DNA of 64,000 nt, taken from NCBI RefSeq assembly GCF_006345805.1, contig NC_043003.1, positions 23,560,001-23,624,000 of the forward strand, in the 5' to 3' direction. Both the position numbers and the translations under genes were made by a program. The stretch's first letter is position 1; the number at the start of each line of letters is the position of its first letter. The notes under the pieces are model-generated. The model was given only the letters and a program-made list of their open reading frames with translations, was not told where the DNA came from and did no database searches. Shown in pieces: positions 52,499 to 64,000 of the stretch. This DNA comes from Octopus sinensis. Taxonomy: Eukaryota.

Positions 52499-53451
52499 GA
52501 ACGTGTGTGGAAATTTAACTTCCATATATATATATATATATATTCCATATATTTGCAATTCATTTACTTCCATATAGATGATAAACATTCAACAAGAAGT
52601 AGAACAAGGTCATAACAAATTAGAAACCATATTTCTGGCAGAGTTTGGTTTGGCGTAGATTAAAAAAACAACAACAAAATAACAAACAATAAAAACAGAT
52701 ATATTTCAATACCTAAGAACATAATTGATTGTCCTACTAAATGAAAGATAATTCTACAGTTAATCTATCTATAATATATTGTATGATTGGTACGTGCAGA
52801 TGTTCTTTTGGCAAAGTTCCCGTTTACAGTTCCCTCCAACATATTGCTATCAATACCGAAGTAAACCAGTATTGGTTTTTATAGAATATAGTTTGGCACT
52901 CTGGCCTTCCATTATTATATTTTTGAACGATGTTTATTTATTTGTGCAAATAGAAGAAATAGTACCTACCGTATGATTGTTTCTGACACAAGCAGTCTGC
53001 TGTGGTTAGTGTGATTCAGTTTTAGTATAAGTATTTAAATATCAAATTTTACAAGAACCATATAATGGGATGTGCATAGGAAAGGTTTACTGTTCTGCAG
53101 GGAAATGTGATGAAGGAAGGACGGGCTGCGGTCCTTGGGTGGTTTCCTAGGGCTAGACTTCCAGAATGGGCATGCTGCTATCTTTATCTTGAAGCGTATG
53201 AGCCACTGTAGTGTCTTTTGAATAGAAGCAAAAACAACGAAATAATTCTCAATGAGCTGCTCTCTTTTTCTCTTTCTTTCTCTCTCTCTCTCACTGTATA
53301 TGTATGTGTTTATCTATCTATTTATCTATCTATTTCTGTGTCTCTGTCTAAGTATCTATTTACATGTATACATACACACAGACACACACATACATACATA
53401 CATACATACATACATACATACATACATACATACATACACACATACATACAT

Positions 53452-53535
<84 letters not shown>

Positions 53536-53632
53536 AATATGTAGGGTAGCGAATATTTTTAGAAATTTCACTGTCAGTGGCCTAGCATGTATAAAAAGTT
53601 AATAGAAAACATACTCTCAATATAAAATAGTA

Positions 53633-53718
53633 TACATTTAAACACAAGGGAAACTATCTTTAACAGGTAATTTTACACGCTTACCTGTTAAAGGTAGTTT
53701 CTCTTATGTTTAAATGTA
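53633..53718. other. 38-bp-arm hairpin with 10-nt loop
   Basis: TACATTTAAACACAAGGGAAACTATCTTTAACAGGTAA / TTACCTGTTAAAGGTAGTTTCTCTTATGTTTAAATGTA; 35 of 38 Watson-Crick pairs. Confidence 0.8.
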
Positions 53719-53755
53719 CTCTATTTGATAGCTATCTAGCTATCTAGCTAGATAA

Positions 53756-53831
<76 letters not shown>

Positions 53832-53930
53832 ATAGATTGATAGATAGATAGACAGGAAGATAGATAGATACATACATAAATAAATAGATAATAATTTTTC
53901 TCTCTCTCAATCCCTCTCTCCATCTCTCAC

Positions 53931-53961
<31 letters not shown>

Positions 53962-54667
53962 ATGCGTGTGAGTATGTGCGTGTGTAAGCATGTAGAATAT
54001 ATAAGGTAAACAACTAATAAATAGGCTATTTGTTATTTATACTACATATTCAACAAAATCGAATCTGTAGTGGATAAATAAGTATATTGTGTATATCTTA
54101 AATATATTCTAACATCCGATACATTGAAACAAGACCGAATTTTGTAAAAGATTGAGTGATGTGAACATCAGGTTCCGATAGATGTTACGCACATCACTCT
54201 AAATCTTGTCTTATTTTTCTCTAGGATTAGCTTTACAATTGCGAAATACATAGTTAAAGTGTACTTCACTACTTTTGTTGGACATGGCGGCGCATGTAGT
54301 TGATGTTGTTGGGAAGGATTTCAAACAATCTGACATATTGAATGCCTGGTCATGAACCCAAATCAAAAAATGTTTCTCTGTCTCTGGTTTCCTTGACCAC
54401 CAGAGAGTTTAGTTTAGAAGATTGCTTTCCTCTTGCAAACAGCTTTCATTATAAAAAGTGATATTGTAATTCAATCTTGTAGTTTCATATATAACTAGCT
54501 AGCAAATATTAAGCCGTTCATTTTTTTTTCTATCTTTCGTGTTTTCCTTTCCATCGCAGTATCAACGTATATGAGATGGGATATAAATGATTAAAAGGTT
54601 AGAATAGTGAGTCACCTTGCAATTCTACAATGTTCTCTGTCAGTTGTTATATTTTCTACAACGGAAA

Positions 54668-54744
<77 letters not shown>

Positions 54745-55288
54745 CTATCTAGCTAGCTAGCTAGCTAGCTAGCTAGTACATATCTATTTATCTATCCATG
54801 TATCCATCTATCTATCCTTGTCTATCCTTGTGTCTTTGTATTTATCTATTTCTCTATCTACTTATATATATAATATAATATATTATATATATATATATAT
54901 ATATATACATGCACACACACAAGAATAAAGGTAATTGACAGTACACAGTGAAAAATATCAATGACGATAGTAAATTTTTCACCATTTCTAGTGGTATATT
55001 TTTTAATATTTATTCATATTCAGATCAAAAAATGTCTGGATTTCATAAGGAAATGATAGAATACTGCTCAAATCCATTTTATCTGGTGTTATATCATCGT
55101 GTTGCCAGCAACACACAGTAACACGAGATAAAAAGGATTTAAGCAGTTTTCTGTCATTCCCTTAGGCAATTCAGATATTTATATTAGAAATTATATACAG
55201 AAAACATACCAATCGAACGGTTATATCCTTTTATACATTCACACACACACACACATATATATATATGAATATATATATATATACATAC

Positions 55289-55348
<60 letters not shown>

Positions 55349-55749
55349 GCGCATATATACAAATATATATATATATATATATCACATATATATATACACA
55401 TATATACATATATATACACATATATACATATATATATACACATATATATCTACATATATAGATATATACATACAAATATATATATATATATATATACACA
55501 AATATATGTATATACATATATATGCATATGCATATATACCGTTGTCGAGATCTAGATCGAATCGCAGGCCAGATGTGAATAGTAGCAGGGACGCTGGGAC
55601 AGGTATATTGCTGCGCAAGGTGACTATGCTATGTCGAAGGAGATGATGTTAAAACGTAGATAACAAAGGTCTTTTGTTATTATACAAAACCAATCGAAAA
55701 ACCTTTTTGATACCACTTCGTATATATATATATATATATATATATGAGG

Positions 55750-57792
55750 ACTTGTCTTCTACTAAGGCCTTGTGTGTGGCTTTGGTGGACAGAAACCGAA
55801 AGAAGCCCGTCGTATATATACTCTTTACTCTTTTACTTGTTTCAGTCATTTGACTGCGGCCATGCTGGAGCACTGCCTTTAATCGAGCAACTCGACCCCG
55901 GGACTTATTCTTTTTGTAAGCCCAGTACTTATTCTATCGGTCTCTTTTGCCGAACCGCCAAGTAACGGGGACATAAACACACCAGCATCGGTTGTCAAGC
56001 AATGCTAGGGGGACAAACACAGACACACAAACACACACACATACATATATATACATATATACAACAGGCTTCTTTCAGTTTCCGTCTACCAAATACACTC
56101 ACAAGGCATTGGTCGGCCCGGGGCTATAGCAGAAGACACTTGCCCAAGATGCCACGCAGTGGGACTGAACCCGGAACCATGTGGTTGGTAAGCAAGCTAC
56201 TTACCACACAGCCACTCCTGCGCCTATATATTTATACGTATATATTTATACATATGTGTCTGTATTTGTACCCCCAACATCGCTTGACAACCGATGCTGG
56301 TGTGTTTACGTCAACGTAAACACACCGATAGAATAAGTACTAGGCTTACACAGAATAAGTCCTAGGGTCGATTTGCTCGACTAAGGGCGGTGCCCCAGCG
56401 TAGCCACCGTCAAATGACTGAAACAAGTAAAAGAGTAAAAGAGTATATATACACATGCATACCTATATACATACATACATACATGTATACATGCATACAT
56501 ACGTTCATACTCCCATACATACATATATACATACATACGTACGTACGTACATACATACATACATACATACGTACGTACATACATACATACATGCATGCAT
56601 GCATACATACGTTCATACTTCCATACATACATATATACATACATACATACATACGTACGTACATACATACATACATACGTACGTACGTATGTACGTACAT
56701 ACATACACACATACATACATACATACATACATACATCCATACATACATATATACATACATACATATACACATACATACATACATACATACATACATACAT
56801 GCAAGCATGCATACATACATACATACATACATACATACATACATACATACATACATACATACATACATACATACATAAAATCTCATATTCACTTACTTGC
56901 ATTCGTTGAACTGATGCCTGCAAGTGTTATGCCACGAATCCATACGGGATTGGTTCCAAGAATGGTGACTTATTTTGGGATACTGGCGTGTTTTTTCACA
57001 AGACCTGAAGGATGTCTCCTGAAACAAACGCTGATTTCTTTAGCCTTTGCTTCGGCTTTCATTTTGCTGTTTTTAGTCATTCTCTAATGGAAATCCAGTT
57101 CACCCACACACTTACACAGATACACCCTCGCCGCACACGCCACACACATATCTCTTTCTATATATATATATATATACATATTCATGCAAATAGAAATGTG
57201 TTTATATTAAATATATATATTTATATATATATGTACAATAAATCTCAGAGCGTGTTATAAACAGTAGCTACAACATATCGTGACGTATATTTGACACCCC
57301 ACGCCACCCCTATATATATACATATATATGTATGTATGTATGCATACGAGGTGGTACAGGCGCAGGAGTGGCTGTGTGGTAAGAACCTTGCTTACCAGCC
57401 AAATAGTTCAGGGTTCAGTCCCACTGTGTGTCACCTTGTGCAAATGTCTTCTACTATAGCCTCGGGCCGACTAAACACTTGCGAGTAGATTTGGTAGACG
57501 GAAACTGAAAGTATCATGTATATTTGTGTATGTGTGTGTGTGTGTGTGTGTGTGTTTGCATCTGTTTGTCCACTACCATCGCCTGACAACTGATGGTGGC
57601 GTAACTTAACGGTTCGCCAAAATTGACCGATAGAATTAGTAATAGCCTTACAAAGTTTACATCCTAGGGTCGATGACTGAAACAAATAAAAGAATATATA
57701 GGATGGCGGTGCCCCAGCATGGCCACAGCTCGTGAGCTGAAACTAGATAAAATTAAATTAATTAAAATATATCTACATACATATATATATAT

Positions 57793-57849
<57 letters not shown>

Positions 57850-58285
57850 CATATATATGTATATGTATACACTCTTTACTCTTGTACTTGTTTCAGTCAT
57901 TTGGCTGTGACCATGCTGGAGCACCGCCTTTAGTCGAGGAAATGGACCCCAGGTCTTATTCTTTGTAAGCCTAGTACTTATTCTATCGGTCTCTTTTGCC
58001 GAACTGCTAAGTTACGGGGACGTAAACATACCAGCATTGGTTGTCAAGCGATGTTGGGGAGACAAACACAGACACACAAACATATACACACACATGCTTA
58101 TATATATATACATATATACGACGGGCTTCTTTCAGTTTCTGTCTACCAAATCCACTCACAACGCTTTAGTCGGACCGAGGCTATAGTAGAAGACACTTGT
58201 ACAAGTTGCCACGCAGTGGGACTGAACCCGAAACCATGTGGTTGGTAAGCAAGCAACTATCCACACAACCACTCATACGCCTATA
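55750..58285. mobile_element. Cluster of C/D composite SINEs in alternating orientation
   Basis: ~55750-55815(+), 55825-56225(-), 56245-56440(+), 57356-57700(+) and 57865-58285(-). Confidence 0.85.
56455..56876. repeat. (ACAT)n array with a duplicated ~100-bp higher-order unit
   Basis: CATGCATACATACGTTCATACT(C/T)CCATACATACATATATACATAC occurs at ~56490 and ~56598. Confidence 0.9.
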
Positions 58286-58739
58286 TATATTTTTATTTTT
58301 ATATCCATTCCTGCGTATACATATACGTACATATGTATAGAGATGGTTGCACTTACAGTATATATGGAAATATCTTCATTACGTATGTCAAGCCACGTGT
58401 AGGTGTTCGCTACAAATTTCTTAATCTAATATGTGACAATTCATTCTAATTGCAAACATAACATACGCAAACAAATACATTCTGGCGCTCACATTTACGC
58501 ATCTCTACATCTGAATGTACCCTCCCCCTACTACCATCCCATGCACAGAATTTATATATGAAGATGTGTCCCCAAACATCTCACAGCGACCGTATTCAAC
58601 TGAGAACGTAGCATTTGCTATGGTTAATTTTACTGCGATGATTCAATTACGACACATTATGTCAATGAATATGCTTCTACGTTTGTAATTAGTTTCGTCT
58701 CCTCCCACTGAGTAAATGATGATATTTTCTTGATTTCAG

Positions 58740-58799
58740 TTATGGAATTAGAATATCAATGTTGTCCGTCTTTCTATAGAGTGTTTTCTTTATTACCAG
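58740..58799 (+). CDS. Candidate 60-nt phase-1 symmetric exon (xMELEYQCCPSFYRVFSLLP)
   Basis: TTTTCTTGATTTCAG acceptor, CAG|GTAACT donor, and only one open frame. Confidence 0.25.
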
Positions 58800-59678
58800 G
58801 TAACTAGCTACTTTGAAAGAATGCATCATTTATTAGTTACTGAATATCAATTGAACATCGTTGTTAATTACCGAAACAAAAGCATCTTATGCGGTCGCTC
58901 GATTTGTTAGAAATAACAGTGAAATATCATTGTAATCTTACATTACTAAATTATAAATATATTGCGAAGTCATAGACCCGCTATGCTTCAATAAAGATGG
59001 TCTGGTTAGAATACATTTGATCATACATTTGCTCAATGGGTGATAACAACATCGAACTTAATTCTGAATATTTGAGTGACGTAGGGTTACTTCAAATGAT
59101 GAAAATGGTCTCTGTTTCTCTATCTTTCTATCTGTAAGTTTGCCTGACTCTCTCTGTCTCCCCTCTCTACCCCCTCTTTACCCTTCTCTTTCCCCTCACA
59201 CTTCTCTACTCTCTACTCTCTCCTATCTCCCCTCTTCTTTGCTATAACTACTGCAACTGAATTGCACTTTTGTTTACAATAGATGGATAATGATACGAGA
59301 GTAAATAAATATGCAATAATTCATGATTCAATGAATAAAATTTCGCTTCGCCATCACACCATCAAGGTTCGATTCTTCAGCATTATTGCTTAAACAATGT
59401 TTTCGATAATTCAGATCAACTCTATCTGGGCTCACGGAAACTGTACAGAGGCCCGATTGTTCTATTGTACATGTAATTCAATGACACACCATTGTCACAC
59501 TTTCTGTCACGTTGACCCACCCTGAGAAATATGTTAGGGATTCAGATTTCTTCGGGATCTTTTCAAAGATACATGTTTGTTACATAAACACCAATTATAA
59601 TAGCAGGTCATTCAATTACTTGAAAAAAAAAAAGATGATCTTGCACCGTCGAAAGTGACAGAAATCCATATGATTATC

Positions 59679-59903
59679 AAGGCGGCGAGCTGGCAGAAAC
59701 GTTAGCACGCTGGGCGAAATGCTTAGGGGTATTTCGTCTGAGTTCAAATTCTGCCGTGGTCGACTTTGCCATTCATCATTTCGGGGTTGATAAATTTAAG
59801 TACCAGTTACGCACTGAGGTCGATGTAATCGACTTAATCCGTTTGTCTGTCCTTGTTTGTCCCCTCTATGTTTAGCCCCATGTGGGCAATAAAGAAATAA
59901 GAA
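59679..59903 (+). mobile_element. Near-full-length SINE family B
   Basis: Head, central domain and GTTTGTCTGTCCTTGTTTGTCCCCTCTATGTTTAGCCCC tail. Confidence 0.88.
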
Positions 59904-60156
59904 ATCCATTTGCTTATCACTTGAGAAATCAGCTGCTCTCATGTATATGTTGTCTCTTCGCTGCCATGAAAGAATAGAGCCCTAATTAATTGCATACTCT
60001 ATACACAGCACATTTGCAACAAGCAACATAATATTTCTTACATATGAGAAGTGGTGCTAGGTGCTACTACTACACTGAATATAATCTTAGATGTCTAGGA
60101 GAGGAAAACTAAGAGATTTTACAAACTTACGTTCAATAAATCCATTAGAATAAAAA

Positions 60157-60534
60157 GGAGCATTCCGCCGGTTACGACGATGAGGATCCCAGCTGATACG
60201 ATCAAAGGAACAGCTTGCTTGTGAAATTAATGTGCAAGTGGCTGAGTACTCCACAGACACGTGTACCCCTAACGTTGAATGTGCAATTTAGAGATTCAGT
60301 GTGCAATTAGAGATTAGAGATTAGAGAGTGTGCAGTTAGAGATTCAGCCTGACACAGAATGTGACAAGGCCGGCCCTTTGAAATACAGGTACAACTCATT
60401 TTTGCCAGCTGAGTGGACTTGGGCAACGTGAAATAAAGTGTCTTGCTCAAGGACACAACGCGTCGCCGGGAATCGAACTCACGACCTTACAATCGTGGAG
60501 CGAATGCCCTAACCACTAAGCTACGCACCTTCAC
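60157..60534 (-). mobile_element. CORE-like SINE + tail X with internal ~16-bp tandem expansion
   Basis: GAGTTCGATTCC B box, TTGAGCAAGACACTT and tail X. Confidence 0.85.
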
Positions 60535-61502
60535 ACACCGTTGGAAAAATAGTACTTAAAGAGTCCTCTATTTGTCTAATCTGCTGTTGCTATAAACATT
60601 TGCATTTCTGAATTGAAAAGAAATTATATCTCTCGTCAACTGATAGCGTGCTCCCATTTCCCCACCAGTCTTCAATTATTTTATCTCGACCTGCGCTAAA
60701 CCTAATCTCCCGTAACTTCTATTGAAACTCAAAATTTTCACTCGGCTATTATTCTCAGTGGAGCACAAAACAAAGAAATATTTCTCAATCGCTGTAGCAA
60801 TTACAAAAGATGTTGATATATGTTTCAAATATATTGATAATCTATTGGAATATAAAAATATGGAAATAAATGTATAAAGAATGAAGATGGTCAACGCAAA
60901 AACAACCGATATAATAATAGGTATCTCGGAATTCGTATAAAGTGAAACAATAACATATATAATAAAATTTTCTCTCAGACTAAACATATATGCAACATAA
61001 ATGAAAAAAGTGCACTTCCTCAATGCTCTTATGCATACACTCTTTGTCACCGAAACAAAACGAAATATTCCCGATGTTTAAAGATGAAAGCTATGTTCAG
61101 TTACAAGGTTAGCTATGATATAAATTTCAGACGACTGTTCTTATAATAAAGATTACTATAATCGTCTCTGCTATAAGCACAATATCTAAAATCCGTGATT
61201 GACTGGTACTTATTTCATCGACTCCGAAAGTTAAAGCTGACTTCGGCAGTCAGGGTGAGCAGGATGTGTGGGGTGCTCTGGGTGGAACGCGCTCCTATTG
61301 AGTAAGGTTGTAGTAAAAGATTTTTAACTATTTTTGTTTTGTATTGTTTACACGTTTTCTGTTTTAAACATCTCTTGTCCCTTGTTTTGTATTCTTCCTA
61401 CATGTTCTTGAGTTCGGCCCTTGTCGCCAAATAAGAAAGGATTGCAGGTAGAGAGTTTCTTCTTTTTCTTCTCCTTCTTCTTCTTCTTCTTCTTCTTCTT
61501 CT

Positions 61503-61533
<31 letters not shown>

Positions 61534-61596
61534 TTTATTCTTTCTCTTTTCTGCTCTTTCTTCTTTCCTTTCTTCTTCTTCTTCTTCTTCTTCTTC

Positions 61597-61644
<48 letters not shown>

Positions 61645-61695
61645 CATTATTATTATTATATTATTATTTTATTGTTGTTGTTGTTGTTGTTGTTG

Positions 61696-61730
<35 letters not shown>

Positions 61731-62284
61731 GAGTGAGAGAGCAGTGCATGCCATCAAAGAGACACTGGGGTAAAATATACGAAGCCCAATATACCCATTA
61801 TGACTACCCCTCTGATACGGGTACACTAGGCACATGCATTACAACCATATGTGCGCGACATGGTGATCTCATATCAAGATAAACAGTACAGGACCTTACA
61901 GGTGGGGTCCAGTTAGAATTTTCTTCTGGTCGAGTAACCCATCCTGCTCAAAAGGTTCCTGAATGAGGGTTGTTTAAGGATGTTGAACGAAACACCCATG
62001 TTTCCAGAGGTGTATTATCCAAACCTCAAAGAATCCCTCCCAAAGCATGGCTATGATGCTCCCCCACTACTTCTGCTTGTGATCAGAGATGAACATATCG
62101 TCAGCCACAAAGGGACATGTTCAACTGGATAAGGTCAAATAATTGGAAGGCAAATCTGTGGTATTGAGCAGAATATTTGCTGTAGCCCATCTTTTACACA
62201 AAGACAAAACAATGTACATGATAACACTTCCAATCAGTTAAGATCAGAAGCTATGAGAGCCACCGCCTGGTACTGCATCGGGGC

Positions 62285-62287
<3 letters not shown>
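61731..62287 (-). mobile_element. TAA-embedded non-coding element, copy 3
   Basis: Reverse complement of 25845-26400, with (TAA)n on both sides on the minus strand. Confidence 0.9.
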
Positions 62288-62342
<55 letters not shown>

Positions 62343-63071
62343 GTCATTTACTTTTAATCTGCATGTTTGATGCAATCACTTGCCGGAGCACACCCAGCGC
62401 CCTAGGGCAAGTGAAGGTTAAGAATTGTTGAAATATAGCTGAAAGCTTGGGGAGGGGAAGTAGAGATATATCTCCATGTAATGCAAACACAAACATTTAC
62501 ATTGATAGGGTTTTTCTAAGGATGTGGGCAGTACTTGTTAGCACAATCTTTTGGATTTCCTTGAGACATGGTTTTCCAGGGATATTGTCTAGGTGTTTCT
62601 GACATCTCTTTTTTATCATACCTAGGGCACCTACAATAACAGGAACAGTTTTTGTTTTAAGATTCCACATCCTCTGTATTTCGATTTCCAGGTCCTTATA
62701 TTTACTAAGTTTGTCAAATTCCTTGACAGATACATTTTTATCAGTGGGGACGCTTACTTCTATTAGTCTGCAGGTATTTTCTTCCCTGTCTTTCACAATT
62801 ATGTCTGGTCGATTAGCCTTGATCGTTCTGTCAGTGTTGACTGGAAAATCCCAGAGGATGGTGACATCTTTACCTTCAACAACTGGCTGAGGATGGTGTT
62901 CATACCAGTTAGCAGGAGTGTCGGATTTGTAGTGTTACATATCTTCCAATGTATATACTGTCCTACCCTATCGTGGCGATTTTTGTATTCGTTTGGTGTC
63001 AGCACAGGACATCCCGAAACGAGATGGTATTGTTTCGTCAAATGTGTCACAGAATCTGCATTTAGGGTCAG
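62343..63071 (-). mobile_element. Second Dong/R4-clade element, 3' part (CCHC knuckle, endonuclease, 3' UTR), cut by the assembly gap
   Basis: DPKCRFC..HLVSGC, RHDRVGQYIHW, LIEVSVP, EFDKLSKYKDL and stop at 62497, with frameshifts; (TAA)n tail at 62288-62342. Confidence 0.9.
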
Positions 63072-63171
63072 NNNNNNNNNNNNNNNNNNNNNNNNNNNNN
63101 NNNNNNNNNNNNNNNNNNNNNNNNNNNNNNNNNNNNNNNNNNNNNNNNNNNNNNNNNNNNNNNNNNNNNNN
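63072..63171. other. Assembly gap (100 N)
   Basis: Run of N. Confidence 1.
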
Positions 63172-64000
63172 GCTATAGAATCTTTGAAGCATAATTGAGG
63201 TTGATTACTATTGATTAGTGTTTAAACTAAAATACGTCCATATATTTCTCTATTTGCAAAGCTATCTTTTAAAGATGTACGTTCTTGTCATATGTGACAG
63301 ACCCGTTAATTTTCAGGTTGGAGATATATCAGTTTAGTATTCACTTAGCGTGATGCTTTATCACACGTGATGTTAGGTAATTCTTAATGGCCTTGTATTC
63401 ACTGCAGGGATTATTACAAACCTCGGTAGTACGTTATATGAATAAATGATTGATATTTGACCAAGTAGTTGATTCTCTTGAACTCTATAATTTCGGAAAA
63501 TTGTACAAAAACTAAGTGTCATTATAGATGCTATAGACGAAACCAAAATAGTCAACAGGTGTACCAGGTCCTGTTGCAATATCTTAGATGCAGTTCACAA
63601 TAGAATTTCTACAAATACTTTTGTATGACTTCTGATATTTAGTTTGGGAAGAGAACAGGTATCATTAATTTCGTTTTTGTATTACTAAGGTATTTGAGAA
63701 CATGATCTGTTCATGAAACAAATATTGTTACTGGATATTATTCAGTATTGGATCAATTTTACATATTAAATTCACGTTTCGACCTTTCATCTACGTACCC
63801 TTTTGTCTTACAGTATCATGTATTCTCATATGTAATCAATCTAAGTTAAAAAATATCTTAATGTAGCATCTCTTATATGCTCATCTATTCCATATAATAT
63901 ACATTGTGTCACATTTCGTTTATATGACTCGTCTAGTGTGTTTCTCTGAGGGATTTTATTAGAGTTCAAACATCTCATGGTCTTAGCACAGCAGCTAGGA

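Noticed and set aside
54225-54370. Strong plus-strand acceptor with short downstream ORFs
   Set aside because: No donor or recognisable product; such acceptors are common by chance.
56381-57087. Long ORFs (160-210 aa) rich in MYVC/HTYI
   Set aside because: These are translations of (ACAT)n. The same applies to the YI, LSIY, poly-I/L/Y/N ORFs across the track.
63250-63650. Minus-strand PVDYFGFVYSIYN, GIY-YIG-like
   Set aside because: Several stops follow and the second motif is not found.

Overview
This is eukaryotic, gene-poor, AT-rich DNA packed with microsatellites, and it most likely comes from a coleoid cephalopod (Octopus-like). That is inferred from the SINE repertoire and repeat load, not proven. 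No complete host gene is visible, and nearly all ORFs in the supplied track are microsatellite artefacts. Recognisable content: (1) a near-full-length R4/Dong-clade non-LTR retrotransposon (RT, CCHC knuckle, restriction-like endonuclease; about 22.0-25.8 kb) plus three 3' fragments of other Dong families, each ending in a (TAA)n array; (2) a ~555-bp non-coding element present three times, always inside (TAA)n and directly downstream of a Dong 3' end; (3) dozens of tRNA-derived SINEs with interchangeable heads and tails; (4) decayed Tc1, mariner, hAT-MITE, Helitron and CR1 remnants; (5) a 100-N gap. The least expected signal is a dispersed set of minimal type I hammerhead ribozyme motifs with palindromic stem III. 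One is fully canonical (41392-41454) and sits inside a ~511-bp R-U-R tandem unit. Three are near-canonical, one is split by a 13-nt inversion, and several are decayed. Several lie in or near fold-back elements inserted in (TA)n, consistent with a Penelope-pLTR/retrozyme-like system. All structures were folded by eye, and no database search was run.
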